A DNA stretch of 64,000 nt from Octopus sinensis (taxonomy: Eukaryota), in the NCBI RefSeq assembly GCF_006345805.1, contig NC_042997.1, positions 135,098,001 through 135,162,000 of the forward strand. The letters are read 5' to 3'. Positions 14,378 through 26,250 of the stretch are shown here, piece after piece. The translations under genes were made by a program, and so were the position numbers. The notes under the pieces are model-generated. The model was given only the letters and a program-made list of their open reading frames with translations. It had not been told where the DNA came from and did not search any database. Position 1 is the first letter of the stretch; each line of letters opens with the position of its first letter.

Positions 14378-14900
14378 ACAACGGAGTCTCGAAGTGGCGG
14401 TCGTAATGGTTATGCTGGAGACAATCCCGTGTAGCTTATACCACTGCAGGGTACGTGGTGATGAAGAGATACAAGATGTGGATTCAATACAGATGGTAGG
14501 AGGAGGAGGAGGAGAAGGAGTAAAAGGCGGAGAGAGAGAGAGAGAGAGAGGAAAAGGAGAGGAAGAGAGGAAAAAAGGAGGAGTAGGAGATGGAGTGGAG
14601 GTTTGGGGAGCAAAATTAGAATGAGGGTGGATAACGGTAAAAGTGGAAAAATCTGTCTCTAGTGAGCGGTGGACATCAATGATGCAAGCGACTACGACGA
14701 CGTCGATAGCGATAGTGTCGGCGGTGGCCGTGTTACTACTACTGGTACTAGTGTTAATGATAGAGGTACAGGTGGTGTCGATGGTTTTTTGTAATGGTGA
14801 TGATGATGATGGAGTTGATGCAGATGATAGAGGTGGTAGTGTGGCTGTTGCTACGCCGGCAGTAGTAGTGGCGGTTGCCTGTTTTGAGTAGGCTTATGGT
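13070..14900. repeat. GC-rich mosaic of trinucleotide arrays (GGT, GCT, GAC, GAT, GTA, GCA, GGA) with GA/GACA tracts
   Basis: Direct reading; strong G-over-C skew on the + strand. Confidence 0.9.
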
Positions 14901-15310
14901 ATCGTAATAGTTTATGTTAATGGATTTGTCATTCAAATATCTGATGCTACGTCTTTAGTAAAGAAGCGAGAGCGAAAGTGAAAGTAGAGGAAAGATACGA
15001 AGAGTGCACATAATGTGCAAAGGGAGCAACAATGAGTGTTATATCATAACCTTTGCTCTTTTTTTTTTTTTTGGTTTGTTTATTTTTCTTTTTTAATTAA
15101 CACTTCTATTACACAAAAGGCAGGTAGCTCTAATTTAATAAACTCTAAAAAGCCAACAACCTTCAATCTCAACCCAGAATCTGATTTTTTTCTTATCCCC
15201 TCTCATTCTACATTCACTCCATCAAGCATCATTCATTCAGTTATCCATTCTCTTCTTCTTCTTCTTCTTCTTCTCTTCTTCTTCATCTTCTTATTCTTCT
15301 TCTTCTTATT

Positions 15311-15363
<53 letters not shown>

Positions 15364-15992
15364 TATCATTACTCTTATTGTTGTTGCTGATGTTATCCTT
15401 TTCGTTTTATATTATTAATTATTTAATTAATTCCATTTCCTCTTCTTTTTTTCCTTTTCTTTTACATCACTATTACTATTTTCTTTATTCATCTTCTTTC
15501 ATTCTACCTCTTCTATTTTCAGCCACTTTCAATTTCTTTTTTACTTTCCTACAGTATTCCTCAAATTCTCTTTTAGGAACATAATCATCATTATCATGAT
15601 CATAATAACCCTCGCCCAAATCATCATCATCATCATCGTCGTCGTCGTCGTCGTTGTCATCGCTGTCATCAGCTACGCGATCTTTTTCGTTTTTATTTCC
15701 TATATTCTATTTCCTTAACAACTAATAATTGTTAAAAAAAAATTGTTAAAGTTCACATTTATAATGTAAGAGCATAATCGATTTCATTGATTTGAGTAAC
15801 ATGATTGATATTTGTTCTATCGATCACCAAGGCTTGAAAGCAACGTTGTCTCAGTTAGGTTTTAAACGAAATTCTGAGGTTTTCTGTTTTTTTTGTATTT
15901 TAATTCAATTAAACATATACGTGTGCGCATGTGTGCTGTCACGTGTGTGTGTCTGTGTGTCTGTGTGTGTGTCTGTGTGTGTGTCTGTGTGT

Positions 15993-16026
<34 letters not shown>

Positions 16027-18346
16027 TGTGATTAGCACCGAGATAACCCTGATCAAGCAGAATATATATATGAAGAAATTCCTAGGAGGGTTTCTAGGAA
16101 TACATCTTTATTTCGTGACGCTATCAAATGTTTTCCCCTTCTTCTACTTGAGTTTATGTATTCTCCCGTGTCATTCATACAAAGGAAAAACAATATTTTG
16201 TGAGCAAGTTTATAAGGAAGAGAAACTTCTCTTGTCATGACAAAGCAGCAGAGGATTTCAAACGATGTCCCATTTCAGGTTGTCCATCATGCTAAGATTG
16301 TAGTATTATTTGAGGAAGATTTGACTGGTATTTCTAGCACCTTGATCAGCCACATAAAGATTCTTTTTTGTAGTAATATGTCTATAATTTAATTATGGGA
16401 CTATAAGTGATAATTTAGAAAGGTATTATAGTGACAGCAATGGGAACCCTTTGGATCAACTATGTGGCAATTCGTGTAAAGCCGTGGCTTATCACTTCAT
16501 TACTAAAAACCAGGGGAGATAAAAATAGAACCATTTCAATAAATAATCGATAACGATTGTATTCAACATATTACTTATTAAAGGTTTACGGAACATGATG
16601 GTTGAAGAAGGAAGAGAGCCAAAATGTTTCAAACGCATGATATTTGTAGTCTCTAGCGTGTCTGTCTGCGTAAAACAGCAGTGACAAATAGAAACAACCC
16701 TGGTATCAACAGGAATAACAACTAATAGCAACAACAGCAAAACAAATATCATGAAAGACGGTTTGTTGAAGATTTGAATGCTACCCTAGACCCATGCAGG
16801 GTTCTGTGAAGAAAAAGTGCTCGGTCTAAAAACCGTTCAGAATCACTCACACTTTTCTCGCTATACGACTGGTATTGAATGTGTTTCCTGAATTGACGAA
16901 CTGCAATGTGTTATCCAGATCGGATTTACATACAGAACCCATTAGATTAACTAGTTGAAGACATTGTACGATATCCATAAGTGAAGGTGCTTGCGTACTG
17001 TGACCAAAATATGAAATCTGTGCAGTCACGCTAGATAAGTTATTTGAATAGTAACTTTGGTTAACATTTGACAGCCAAAGACAATGTACTTGTTTCTTTC
17101 TATTCTCCGCCTCTTTTGAGGTTCTCAATAAAGCGCTGACATCTGGAACAGTGTTTTGAAAACAAATCATTACAAGTCACATCCAAAGAAATTCTACCAA
17201 ATGATTGGTATGAAATCGTTAAACAATCACCGACGTGCAGACCACAGACATTCAGTCTCTTCTCTCTGCCTTCCCCACCACTATTAGGGTGTCTAAGAGT
17301 GCCTGAGAAATGCCTTGTTGACACACCCATTTTCTCAAGACAAATTCAACGAAGTATAAAAAAAAAATACTTCATAATATGTTCCTAAGTCTTTTCTGGA
17401 CTGAAAACCATAACACTGTACCGCAGTAACAAACCCCTTTAATTCTTGTTTCTTGGCCATTGCATTTTGTTTTCATTTTCAGGAATAGTTTTGTAGAGGA
17501 TTTTCTTGGCATCGTTTTAAACCTATATTTCACTTATCTTTTAAACATGTCTCTATTAGTGGAGTTTCCAAGCGTCCTCTCATTTTAGACTAATACGAAA
17601 GTTTTACATCTTGGCACCACATTTAAAGGCAGGAAACTAAGGCGCAACTTTGTCGTGAATGGACAAAGCATGGGAAATCAAGGAGCTAGGCGTCATGAGC
17701 TCATATTCTCCAATAAAGTTACAATATTTAAACAATTCTAACGACTGGTTTAATGGTTCGACCTGAACATATAATTATTTGCTGTCAAATGAAAATATGT
17801 AGTCATAATTATTTTAACTCTAGAAAGTACCATGTTTATGATATATTAGTAAACACTTTAATATATTTTTAAAACGTTTACGAAACAAAAACAAAACATT
17901 AATTATAGAATATATTTTATATAATATACATGAAACCTAAAAATCACAACTTCAAATCAGTAGAATGCAAACAGTCAATATTTAAAGAAGACTAAGATTA
18001 AATGTATTAAATAATTTCATAAATCGTGAAATTAATTTTAAAATTAATATTAATGGTACAAATTTACGTCAGATGAGGCACATGTAGAAACATGTAGGTA
18101 TTAGTTTCGCATTTTTAAAGTTTTAAATGAACATGCCTTTGTTTAAGATTGAAGATATCCTTTGTACAGGGTAGCGTAGTCTAAACTGGAAATAATTCCT
18201 AACCTTTATCAATCTATCTTTGGTTGCAAGGATCTTGCATAATCAGTATCGTTTCATTAGCTTTAACCAAAATGCTTGCCTAACAGACGCTCCTCTTGAA
18301 TAGCAGATGAGGTCTAAGGCATCATTCGTTGACGGTATTCACTCCT

Positions 18347-18574
18347 GGCGAGCTGGCAGAAACGTTAGCACGCCGGGCGAAATTCTTAGCGGTATTTCGT
18401 CTGCTGCTACGTTCTGAGTTCAAATTCCGCCGAGGTCGAATTTGCCTTTCATCCTTTCGGGGTCGATAAATTAAGTACCAGTTACGCACTGGGGTCGATA
18501 TAATTGACTTAATCCGTTTGTCTGTCCTTGTTTGTCCTCTCTGTGTTTAGCCCCTTGTGCGTAGTAAAGAAATA
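18347..18574 (+). mobile_element. SINE family B, full-length young copy with target-site duplication
   Basis: Head GGCGAGCTGGCAGAAACGTTAGC...GAGTTCAAATTCC (A/B-box-like), body CTTTCATCCTTTCGGGGTCGATAAA; flanked by direct repeat GGTATTCACTCCT(GG) at 18334 and 18575. Confidence 0.9.
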
Positions 18575-19521
18575 GGTATTCACTCCTGGTACCTGTCTTG
18601 TGATAGATTACTTTCGTCTTCAGATCAACATTAGCGTTAATAATATGAAACTCAATGAATTGAATCTACATCACGACCTCTTTTGTATGGGTTTTTAAGT
18701 GAAATAGGTTTGCAGGGGCAGCTGTAATTTCTTCGATATAGTGTAGAGCTTCTATATTCACCTTGAAACTGTATCACTTCCTCTTAATTATACAAGCTCA
18801 AGTGTTGTCTGAGGAAACATAATCACAGCCATTGTTTTGCATTTTACCATTTCTAAGCTTGTGTATTCGATTTCCAGTTTAGCATGACATCCAGAAACCT
18901 GCATCTGTGGTTCAGTGTTTCTGTGTTTCTGTGTACTACACACTTTGTGTCTCCGTTTTACAGTTTCAAAGAGACTAATATTTGCGGCAGGAAAGCCTAC
19001 ACGCGTATAAGTATCCGCCTCCTCATTATTGCCTTGTACCCGCGGAGGGTCATTTCCAGAGTTGACTCGACTACTCCCTTCAAACCAGTCAAACAAGTGA
19101 TACTTAACTCAAAATAGAGAATTCCGAACATTACTCAATAACCCAGCCTCCTAAATAACGCTCAGTCTATTCACTGGGATCAAGTGCGGTCTATATATCA
19201 TCTTCCCTCAATGCTTAGCAGGCCCTTTCACTTGAACCATCCTTTCCACTCTAATCTACCTTTCGACAAATTTTCTGGAAAAGAGTACTTCACTCTTCTA
19301 CCCTTTCTTTTTTTTATAAACGAGTCCTCAAATACTTGATGGCTTGCCGAAAAAAAAGGTATCTGTTTTCAGCCCTTTCAATTTGGTCCACCACACAAGC
19401 TCTTTCACTGATGTCACTAGACAGATAAAGATATTTTGTCCTTCCCGATCAAAGAAAGGACTCAAGCGATAGCCAGATCCGTCATACATGCAACATCAAT
19501 GTTCGACATAACTCCACAACT

Positions 19522-19935
19522 CAGGAGTGGCTGTGTGGTAAGTAGCTTGCTTACCAACCACATGGTCCTGGATTCAGTCCCACTGCGTGGCACTTTGGGC
19601 AAGTATCTTCTACTATAATCTCGAGCTGACCAAAGCTTTGTGAGTGGATTTGGTAGACAGAAACTGAAAGAAGCCCGTCTTATATGTATATATATGCGTG
19701 TGTGTGTGTGTGTCTGTCTGTCTGTCTGTGTGTCTGTGTTTGTTCTCCTAACATCGCTTGACAACCGACATTGGTGTGTTTACATCCCCGTAATTTAGAG
19801 GTTCGGCTAAAGAGACCGATAGAATAATTACTAGGCTTACTAAGAATAAGCTTTGGAGTCGATTTGCTCGACCAAAGGCGGTGCTCCAGCATGGCAGCAG
19901 TCAAAATGACAGATACAAGTAAAAAATAAAAGAAT
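19522..19935 (+). mobile_element. SINE family A, full-length copy
   Basis: tRNA-like head, CORE-like GGCACTTTGGGCAAGT block, internal (TG)/(TCTG) array, 3' tail ending (AAAAGAAT). Confidence 0.9.
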
Positions 19936-22662
19936 AATAGAAAAACTCAGAAACGCTCTGGTAATGGACAAATGTATGGGGAAAAGTTTCGTCGCTCAGC
20001 GTGCATCTCAGGCAGGCCCATCTGGCGACAATTCTAAGCTTTTAGATCTTATATCGAACCGGCAATATCTCTCAATAGCACTGGGTCAAGTAATGAGGTC
20101 ATACGATAATATATGATGGGGGGTGTATAAGTGTGCACTACCTCGGCTTCATCTATTAGAAAGGGCTCTATCTTGGTCTGTTTCCGAAAGAGATTGATTG
20201 CCCTACTAGTCACCTCGTCTCAGTACTTGTTCTTTTGGAGGTTTGCACCTAAAGAATTTAATTGGTCGGTTCATCCAGCGCCCCACAGTATTGTCGAACG
20301 GTATGAATCCGCAAAAATGTATCGCTGTATATTGCGGCGGTCCAGCTCTGGAACACGGGACCAAAACATTCCTCCGCGTGAACAGCTGTCAGATATTAGT
20401 GGCGTGGCCGAACCTTTCGCAAGCTATTTATCGATTTAAGTTGGTTACCGTCCCATGGTGTATCGCATAGTGAATATATCTCCATGAGTTGGTCGGATGT
20501 TTGTGCATCACCAATTAGAGCATCGACGACATGCGCCAATGTCTTTGCCAAATGTTAAAAATTTTGAAATCTGCACTTAGAATTATGAAACGAAAAATTA
20601 CTAATGTGGTCACTTTTATTTGGGTCCTTTCTCAGCAGCGTTGCCGTTTTTCAATTCACAGAACTTGGAATTCTCCCGTTATATAGCCAGTTGCATTATG
20701 TAGCGAGTTGCCCAAAGGTCTCCGAACAAGTCTAATATTTACAAATTAACCTTGTAGATTTTATACCGAACCGCTACTGCCACCAACCCAGAAGTACCGC
20801 CAGGGTAGAGATTTCTGGAAATTTTCCATAGATCTCTGCGCGAATGTCTTCCGAGAAAGACTAACCAGTTGATTTACTCTGAACATTAGTGTCTCCCCTA
20901 GGCTGCCGTCACTCTCACCCAACACTGTAATGGAACATACACCAACAGCACTGCCCGATTATCTTTTTGTATTTCATCGGCTGGTATCAGTCTTTCGCAG
21001 CAACTTGCACCTTCTGCTGAGAGACACAGCAACTCGTCGAAGGAGGTGATAGAATAAACCCTAATGCGAAAGACAACTGATAAGTGGCACAAATCTTCTC
21101 CTCTCAATCCGTCAAAACCGAATTCTCGGTTTGTTTCCAACTTAACCCTCTTCTGCCAGAACTTATTGAAGGAATTTCACACATTCATGTCTTAAAGCAT
21201 GTGACCTATCTCTGACAAAGCGGCAACTTTTGTGTTTCACCTTTAATACCAACGTCTTAATGCCATTTTTTTTTTTTTTTTAGTTTGATATAATGTGTTC
21301 ATTTTAATTTCACTAGCAACCTATGATTTGAATGGTATTTACATTCTGACCTTAGTCGTTATTGGGTCGTCTTAACTCGAGAGACCACAACATCGGATGC
21401 GAAATTTTCTGTATTAACTGTTTGCTTTATTTTCGAAGTACGGTAAAGCTTATTACATCTGTATTCTCTGCATTCTATTCGTTAATTTCTTGAGGAGGAA
21501 TTTCATTGTACTTTAGAAAAAACTATCCCCATTTCCTTGTTTTCTTTGTTAGAGATAAAGTCACCAAATTTGTTGTTTGTTTGTCTTTATTATTTTTTTT
21601 AATGTATATGCGCAACAAATACATCTTATACACACGGAAATGCACACGGGATTACACACGGTAAAATATGTGAAAACGCCTTCAGTCATTTCAAGTCAAT
21701 AAGATTCATTCCAGACAATGCTCTATCTTTTGATGCACCTGAAGCTTTGGTTATGATACCCACACACCTGTTCTAGTCAACGATGACTTGCTTCTAAACG
21801 TTACAACAATTCTCCTTGATATAATAAACATTCGCCGCATTTACACAATGTTTAGACTTGAATTTCGTGCATGAGCAGGGATCGACATATTTTAACGGCA
21901 CAAAACCACTGTTGCTGAAATAATTTTGCACCAAAACTTTACTTTTTACAACCAAATACCTACAAATGCCATGTTATAACGTTTCCCATATAATATCAGT
22001 TAGAATTTACAGATCATCGACAAACTTGCGATGGTTTTTTTTTTTTTCTTTCTAAAAAGCCAGCAAATTATCAAGCTCAGACAATTTACTGATAATTTAC
22101 TGTTCATCGCAGCAACTAATGTAAGACACACATTCGTTATTGCTCATAATTATAGTGCTGCTACAAAAACAGTTATGTAGACGCCTGGCGTACACCGAAG
22201 CAAACACATTAAGCTGATTGATATAATTTCACAAATAGACCGAAAAATATAGGCAGACAGACGCCCTGTTTGTAATAACTACTTTTGCTACTTAATGTAT
22301 TAATTACTATAACGAAGTCATCTGTTTCATTTCACCAGAGATTTCCATTACTTCTCTACACTGACTCGCCAAAATATTTTGCATTTGGCAAACGAATTCA
22401 AAATTTCTGCTTATAATTTTCTTGTTTTAGAAATATATTCATAATTTTAATTTTTGTAATACATATTCTAACGCACAACCATTTTCTCCACCTTCGCTTC
22501 TACCCACTTTTTCTCCTCTTGTTCTTTCTTTCGTTCTCTCGTTCTCTCCTTTCTCCTCCTCCTAATTTTCATTCTCATTCTCATGTTTCTTATTCTTCTT
22601 CTATTTCTTTTCGTCATCATCTGTATTGTCGAATGATAAAACAGTTAGAACACCTTACCTAA

Positions 22663-23027
22663 TATCTGATTTCAAATTTTGGCACAAAGCCAGCACTTTT
22701 GAGATAGAAGTTATGTGCTCAACTGGTACTTAATCAGTCTACTCTGAAAGGGATGAGAGGCAAATTCGACCTCGGTGGAATTTGAACTTGGTAAGCTGAA
22801 GGCGGCGTGCCAACTCACCGCCTTCACCTTACCTAAAATTTGTTTACAATTTCGGTACCAAGCCAGCAATTTCGGAGGAGAGACTAAGTCGATTACATCG
22901 ACACTAGTGCTCAGCTGAGACTTAATTTATCGACCTTGAAAGGGTTGAAAAGCAAAATCCATTTCGAAAATTTGAACTCAGAATGTGAGGACAGACGAAA
23001 TGCCACGAAGCATTTTGCCTGATTTGT
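22663..23027 (-). mobile_element. Two tandem SINE family B-related copies (22663-22824 and 22837-23027)
   Basis: Each shows GAGTTCAAATT / CCGAGGTCGAATTTGCC-like sequence on the minus strand and a tail containing TTGGxACxAAGCCAGCA on the + strand; bracketed by three CACCTTACCTAA repeats. Confidence 0.75.
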
Positions 23028-24179
23028 CACCTTACCTAAGTACACTGTGCTCAAATCTCACCGAATATCTTTTCAGCTTTTCTGAGTTTTATCGAGAACC
23101 AGCTGAGTGCTGCTGTCTATTTAATCGATTTCATCCATGTAATAAATCGTTAGCATCATGTTTATTATTGAATTTCAGTTATTATAATATTTGTTTTCTC
23201 TAACGTAAATGTGTTTATTCTGATGTTGCATAATCAAGATGGTTTAGATTTCTTTCCTCACCCCCACTTTGCAGCAGAAATAGATTTGAAATATGTCTTC
23301 TTTCTCCCTTTATAAGCGCAGAAAAGAAATACAAATTTCTTGTGTATTGGGAATAATTCCTAAATAGAAATATTAACTGCAACACTTGCGACAACGTTAG
23401 CGAATGCTAAAATGAAAAACTGTTATTTAAATGATTCGGACATACATCAACAAGGAGCAAGGAAAGCACCAACTTGAGTAGTTGTACTATAGAATATACA
23501 TTTACGCTCATCCAGACCTTCACTTTTACGGAAAACCAAGGTAAAGATAAGGGGTGCGCCAGTAAAAAGACAGTGAAAACATTATTCTAACAAGATATGA
23601 ATCAAGGTAGCCCCATTCCCACTCCTACAAACTAAAATAAAAATGAGTGACATTCAGGACTCTGTCACATGCCATTAAAAACGACACTTCTTTGTATATT
23701 TGGTCAATGAATAAGCGATCAGTAAGACACTAGATTCCTGTTCAGTAGCAATTTTGTTCCCACTTTTTCTTACCTGTAGTCATATCTTATAGAGATGCTT
23801 TTTTTTAAAATAATTTTTAGACGGAGAGATGCATGTGAAAATATGTAATATGATAGCCAAAGAGCATAAATTTTGTTTGAAGACAAATTTTTTCTTCTTG
23901 GAAAGGATGTGGCAGGATTTTTAGCAGGATATGCAGGTCTTCTGTAAATTTTATGAAAGGTAGGTCATGAAGCAACATGATGCTTAAAGTGCCCAGGCAT
24001 TAATTATCTTTCTACAGAAATATTTCATAAGAAAGATTCATGTTTAGAAATCCTTAAAATTTTGTGTTTAAATGCCAATTATATTGACTTAACCTTTTGT
24101 AATTCTGTAGTAGGTTAAATGAATTCGAGCAATATTTATGAATCAGTACATCAATCGATCTATTGATCGATCGTTAGAT

Positions 24180-24246
24180 AGATAGGTAGATAGATAGATA
24201 GGTAGATCGATAGACAGGTAGATAGATAGATAGATAAATAGGTAGG

Positions 24247-24285
<39 letters not shown>

Positions 24286-24369
24286 GTAGGTAGGTAGGTA
24301 GGTAGGTAGGTAGGTAGCTAGCTAGCTAGATATATAGCTAGCTAGCTAGCTAGCTAGATAGATAGATAT

Positions 24370-24424
<55 letters not shown>
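24180..24424. repeat. (GATA)n array with GGTA/GCTA variant blocks
   Basis: Direct reading. Confidence 0.95.
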
Positions 24425-24425
<1 letters not shown>

Positions 24426-24877
24426 GTTTCTTTATTGGCCACACAGGGCTGCACACAGATGGGACAAGTTACAAGGTAGAGCTTTTCTTTTGGGGGATGA
24501 AGAGAACAAAAAACAAAGAAAAAAAAGGGGTGGCGTAGGTTTTCGATCAAGAGGGATCGTAAAAGGGACGAAAAGAACAAAAACAAAAAAAAAATTGAAT
24601 AAAATAAAAAGAATAAAAAGAAAAAAAAAAGAAAAGGAAAAGGAACAAAAGGAAAGAGAAATGAAAAAAGAAGAAAAAAGGGGAAAAAAGGGGAAGAGGA
24701 AAAAAAAGAACGATCAATAGGGATCGTGTATCACAGTGTTATGATATATGGTGTAAAGGGGAAAGCAAGTAAGGTTTATCCGTGGGAAGAAAAGCCTACG
24801 AAAAAGACCACGGTAACCTTGGTCAATATTGTTATATGTTACTACATTTGTTTGCAAGTGGGTAACCCTCTGTTTTC

Positions 24878-24878
<1 letters not shown>
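24425..24878 (-). mobile_element. Tx1/L1-clade LINE, 3' UTR-only truncated copy
   Basis: Closely similar to 25085-25470 (3' UTR of the longer copy); AATAAA near the 3' end; both junctions fall in (GATA)n. Confidence 0.85.
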
Positions 24879-24971
<93 letters not shown>

Positions 24972-25011
24972 GTAGGTAGGTAGATATATATATATATATA
25001 GATAGATAGAC

Positions 25012-25084
<73 letters not shown>

Positions 25085-25085
<1 letters not shown>

Positions 25086-25982
25086 GTTTCTTTATTGGCC
25101 ACACAGGGCTGCACACAGATGGGACAAGTTACAAGGTAGAGCTTTTCTTTTGGGGGATGAAAAAAAATAGGTGGCGTAGGTTTTCGATCAAAAGGGATCG
25201 TAAAAGGGGAAAAAAGGAAAAGAAAAAAAGAAAAAGGGAAAGGAACAAAAGAAAAGAAAAATGAAAAAAGAAGAAATAAGCGGAAAAAAAGGGGAAGAGG
25301 AAAAAAAACGATCAATAGGGATTGTGTATCACAGTGTCATGTTGTATGGTGTAAAGGAGAAAGCAAGTAAGGTTTATCCGTGGGAAGAAAAGCCTACGAA
25401 AAAGACCACGGTAACCTTGGTCAATATTGTTATATGTTACCACATTTGTTTGCAAATGGGTAACCCTCTGTTTTCAATTTCTGGGTTCATAGGATCATGC
25501 TCAAGGTGGCTTCGTCATTCATACGTGCCATCCTTGCTACATTCACCCATCTTTTTTTAAAACGTTCGCTAGACAAAACTTGCCTCTCTACTCTCACTTT
25601 CCTTTTCAAGTGGTACTTGAAGAAGTTGATGAGAGGTTGACCAGAGAGGAAAATGTTTGTCTCCAATTCTTTCAGACGCGTCCACCAGATACATTCTTTC
25701 GCCATAGCCACAAGGATGATGAAAATAGCTCTTCCTTCCCGTTTGAAGGAAGGAGGCGTGACAATATTGACGATAGACTCAGCTGATAAACCGACTCGTC
25801 CCACACGTGACAGTAGTTGTTCGACATAAGCCCACAGGTCGGAAATTGTTGGACATAGCACGAGTGCGTGCAGAACGCTGTCGTCGCTCTGACCGCATCT
25901 CGGGCAGGTCGGCCCCGTGTTTCTCGAGCTGTGTCTGTAGAGCTTATCTCGAACGGGTAGCGCTTCTCGGTAGCACTGCCAG

Positions 25983-25983
<1 letters not shown>
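25085..25983 (-). mobile_element. Tx1/L1-clade LINE, 5'-truncated copy (ORF2 C-terminus plus 3' UTR)
   Basis: Open frame WQCYREALPVRDKLYRHSSRNTGPTCPRCGQSDDSVLHALVLCPTISDLW...LSMIL* ending at 25487; CxxC-x8-H-x4-C zf-RVT motif characteristic of L1/Tx1 ORF2; flanked by GATA arrays. Confidence 0.85.
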
Positions 25984-26069
<86 letters not shown>

Positions 26070-26250
26070 GGTGAGATTAGCGAATTTGTTGTCTCGGATG
26101 TGTTCAGGGAATTGGTCGGCTAAGCAGTGTCTCGTTTGGCCAGTGTACAGGGAAGGACAGATAGAGCAGAAGACACTGTAGATATCATTGCTGGAGGTGC
26201 AGGTAAACGAGACGGTGATGTGGTAAAGGCGTTGGTGGGTACTAGTGAGT
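26070..26250 (-). mobile_element. Penelope-like element GIY-YIG endonuclease fragment
   Basis: FTCTSSNDIYSVFCSICPSLYTGQTRHCLADQFPEHIRD: IY-x-CxxC-x-YxGQT...EH pattern of PLE GIY-YIG domains. Confidence 0.8.

Noticed and set aside
18788-19096. ORF containing NEEADT, reminiscent of an HEEADTR motif of some uncharacterised invertebrate transposon proteins
   Set aside because: Only five residues match and the expected downstream motifs (DTDV, GCD) are absent; indistinguishable from chance without a search
22651-23039. Three direct repeats with unique-looking spacers (CRISPR-like)
   Set aside because: Repeats are only 12 bp, spacers are 160-190 bp SINE copies, the context is eukaryotic and there are no cas genes
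23774-23941. 168-nt minus-strand open interval between an AG and a strong CAG|GTAAGA donor
   Set aside because: The peptide (RPAYPAKNPATSFPRRKNL...) has no recognisable features, no partner exons were found, and such intervals arise by chance in 64 kb
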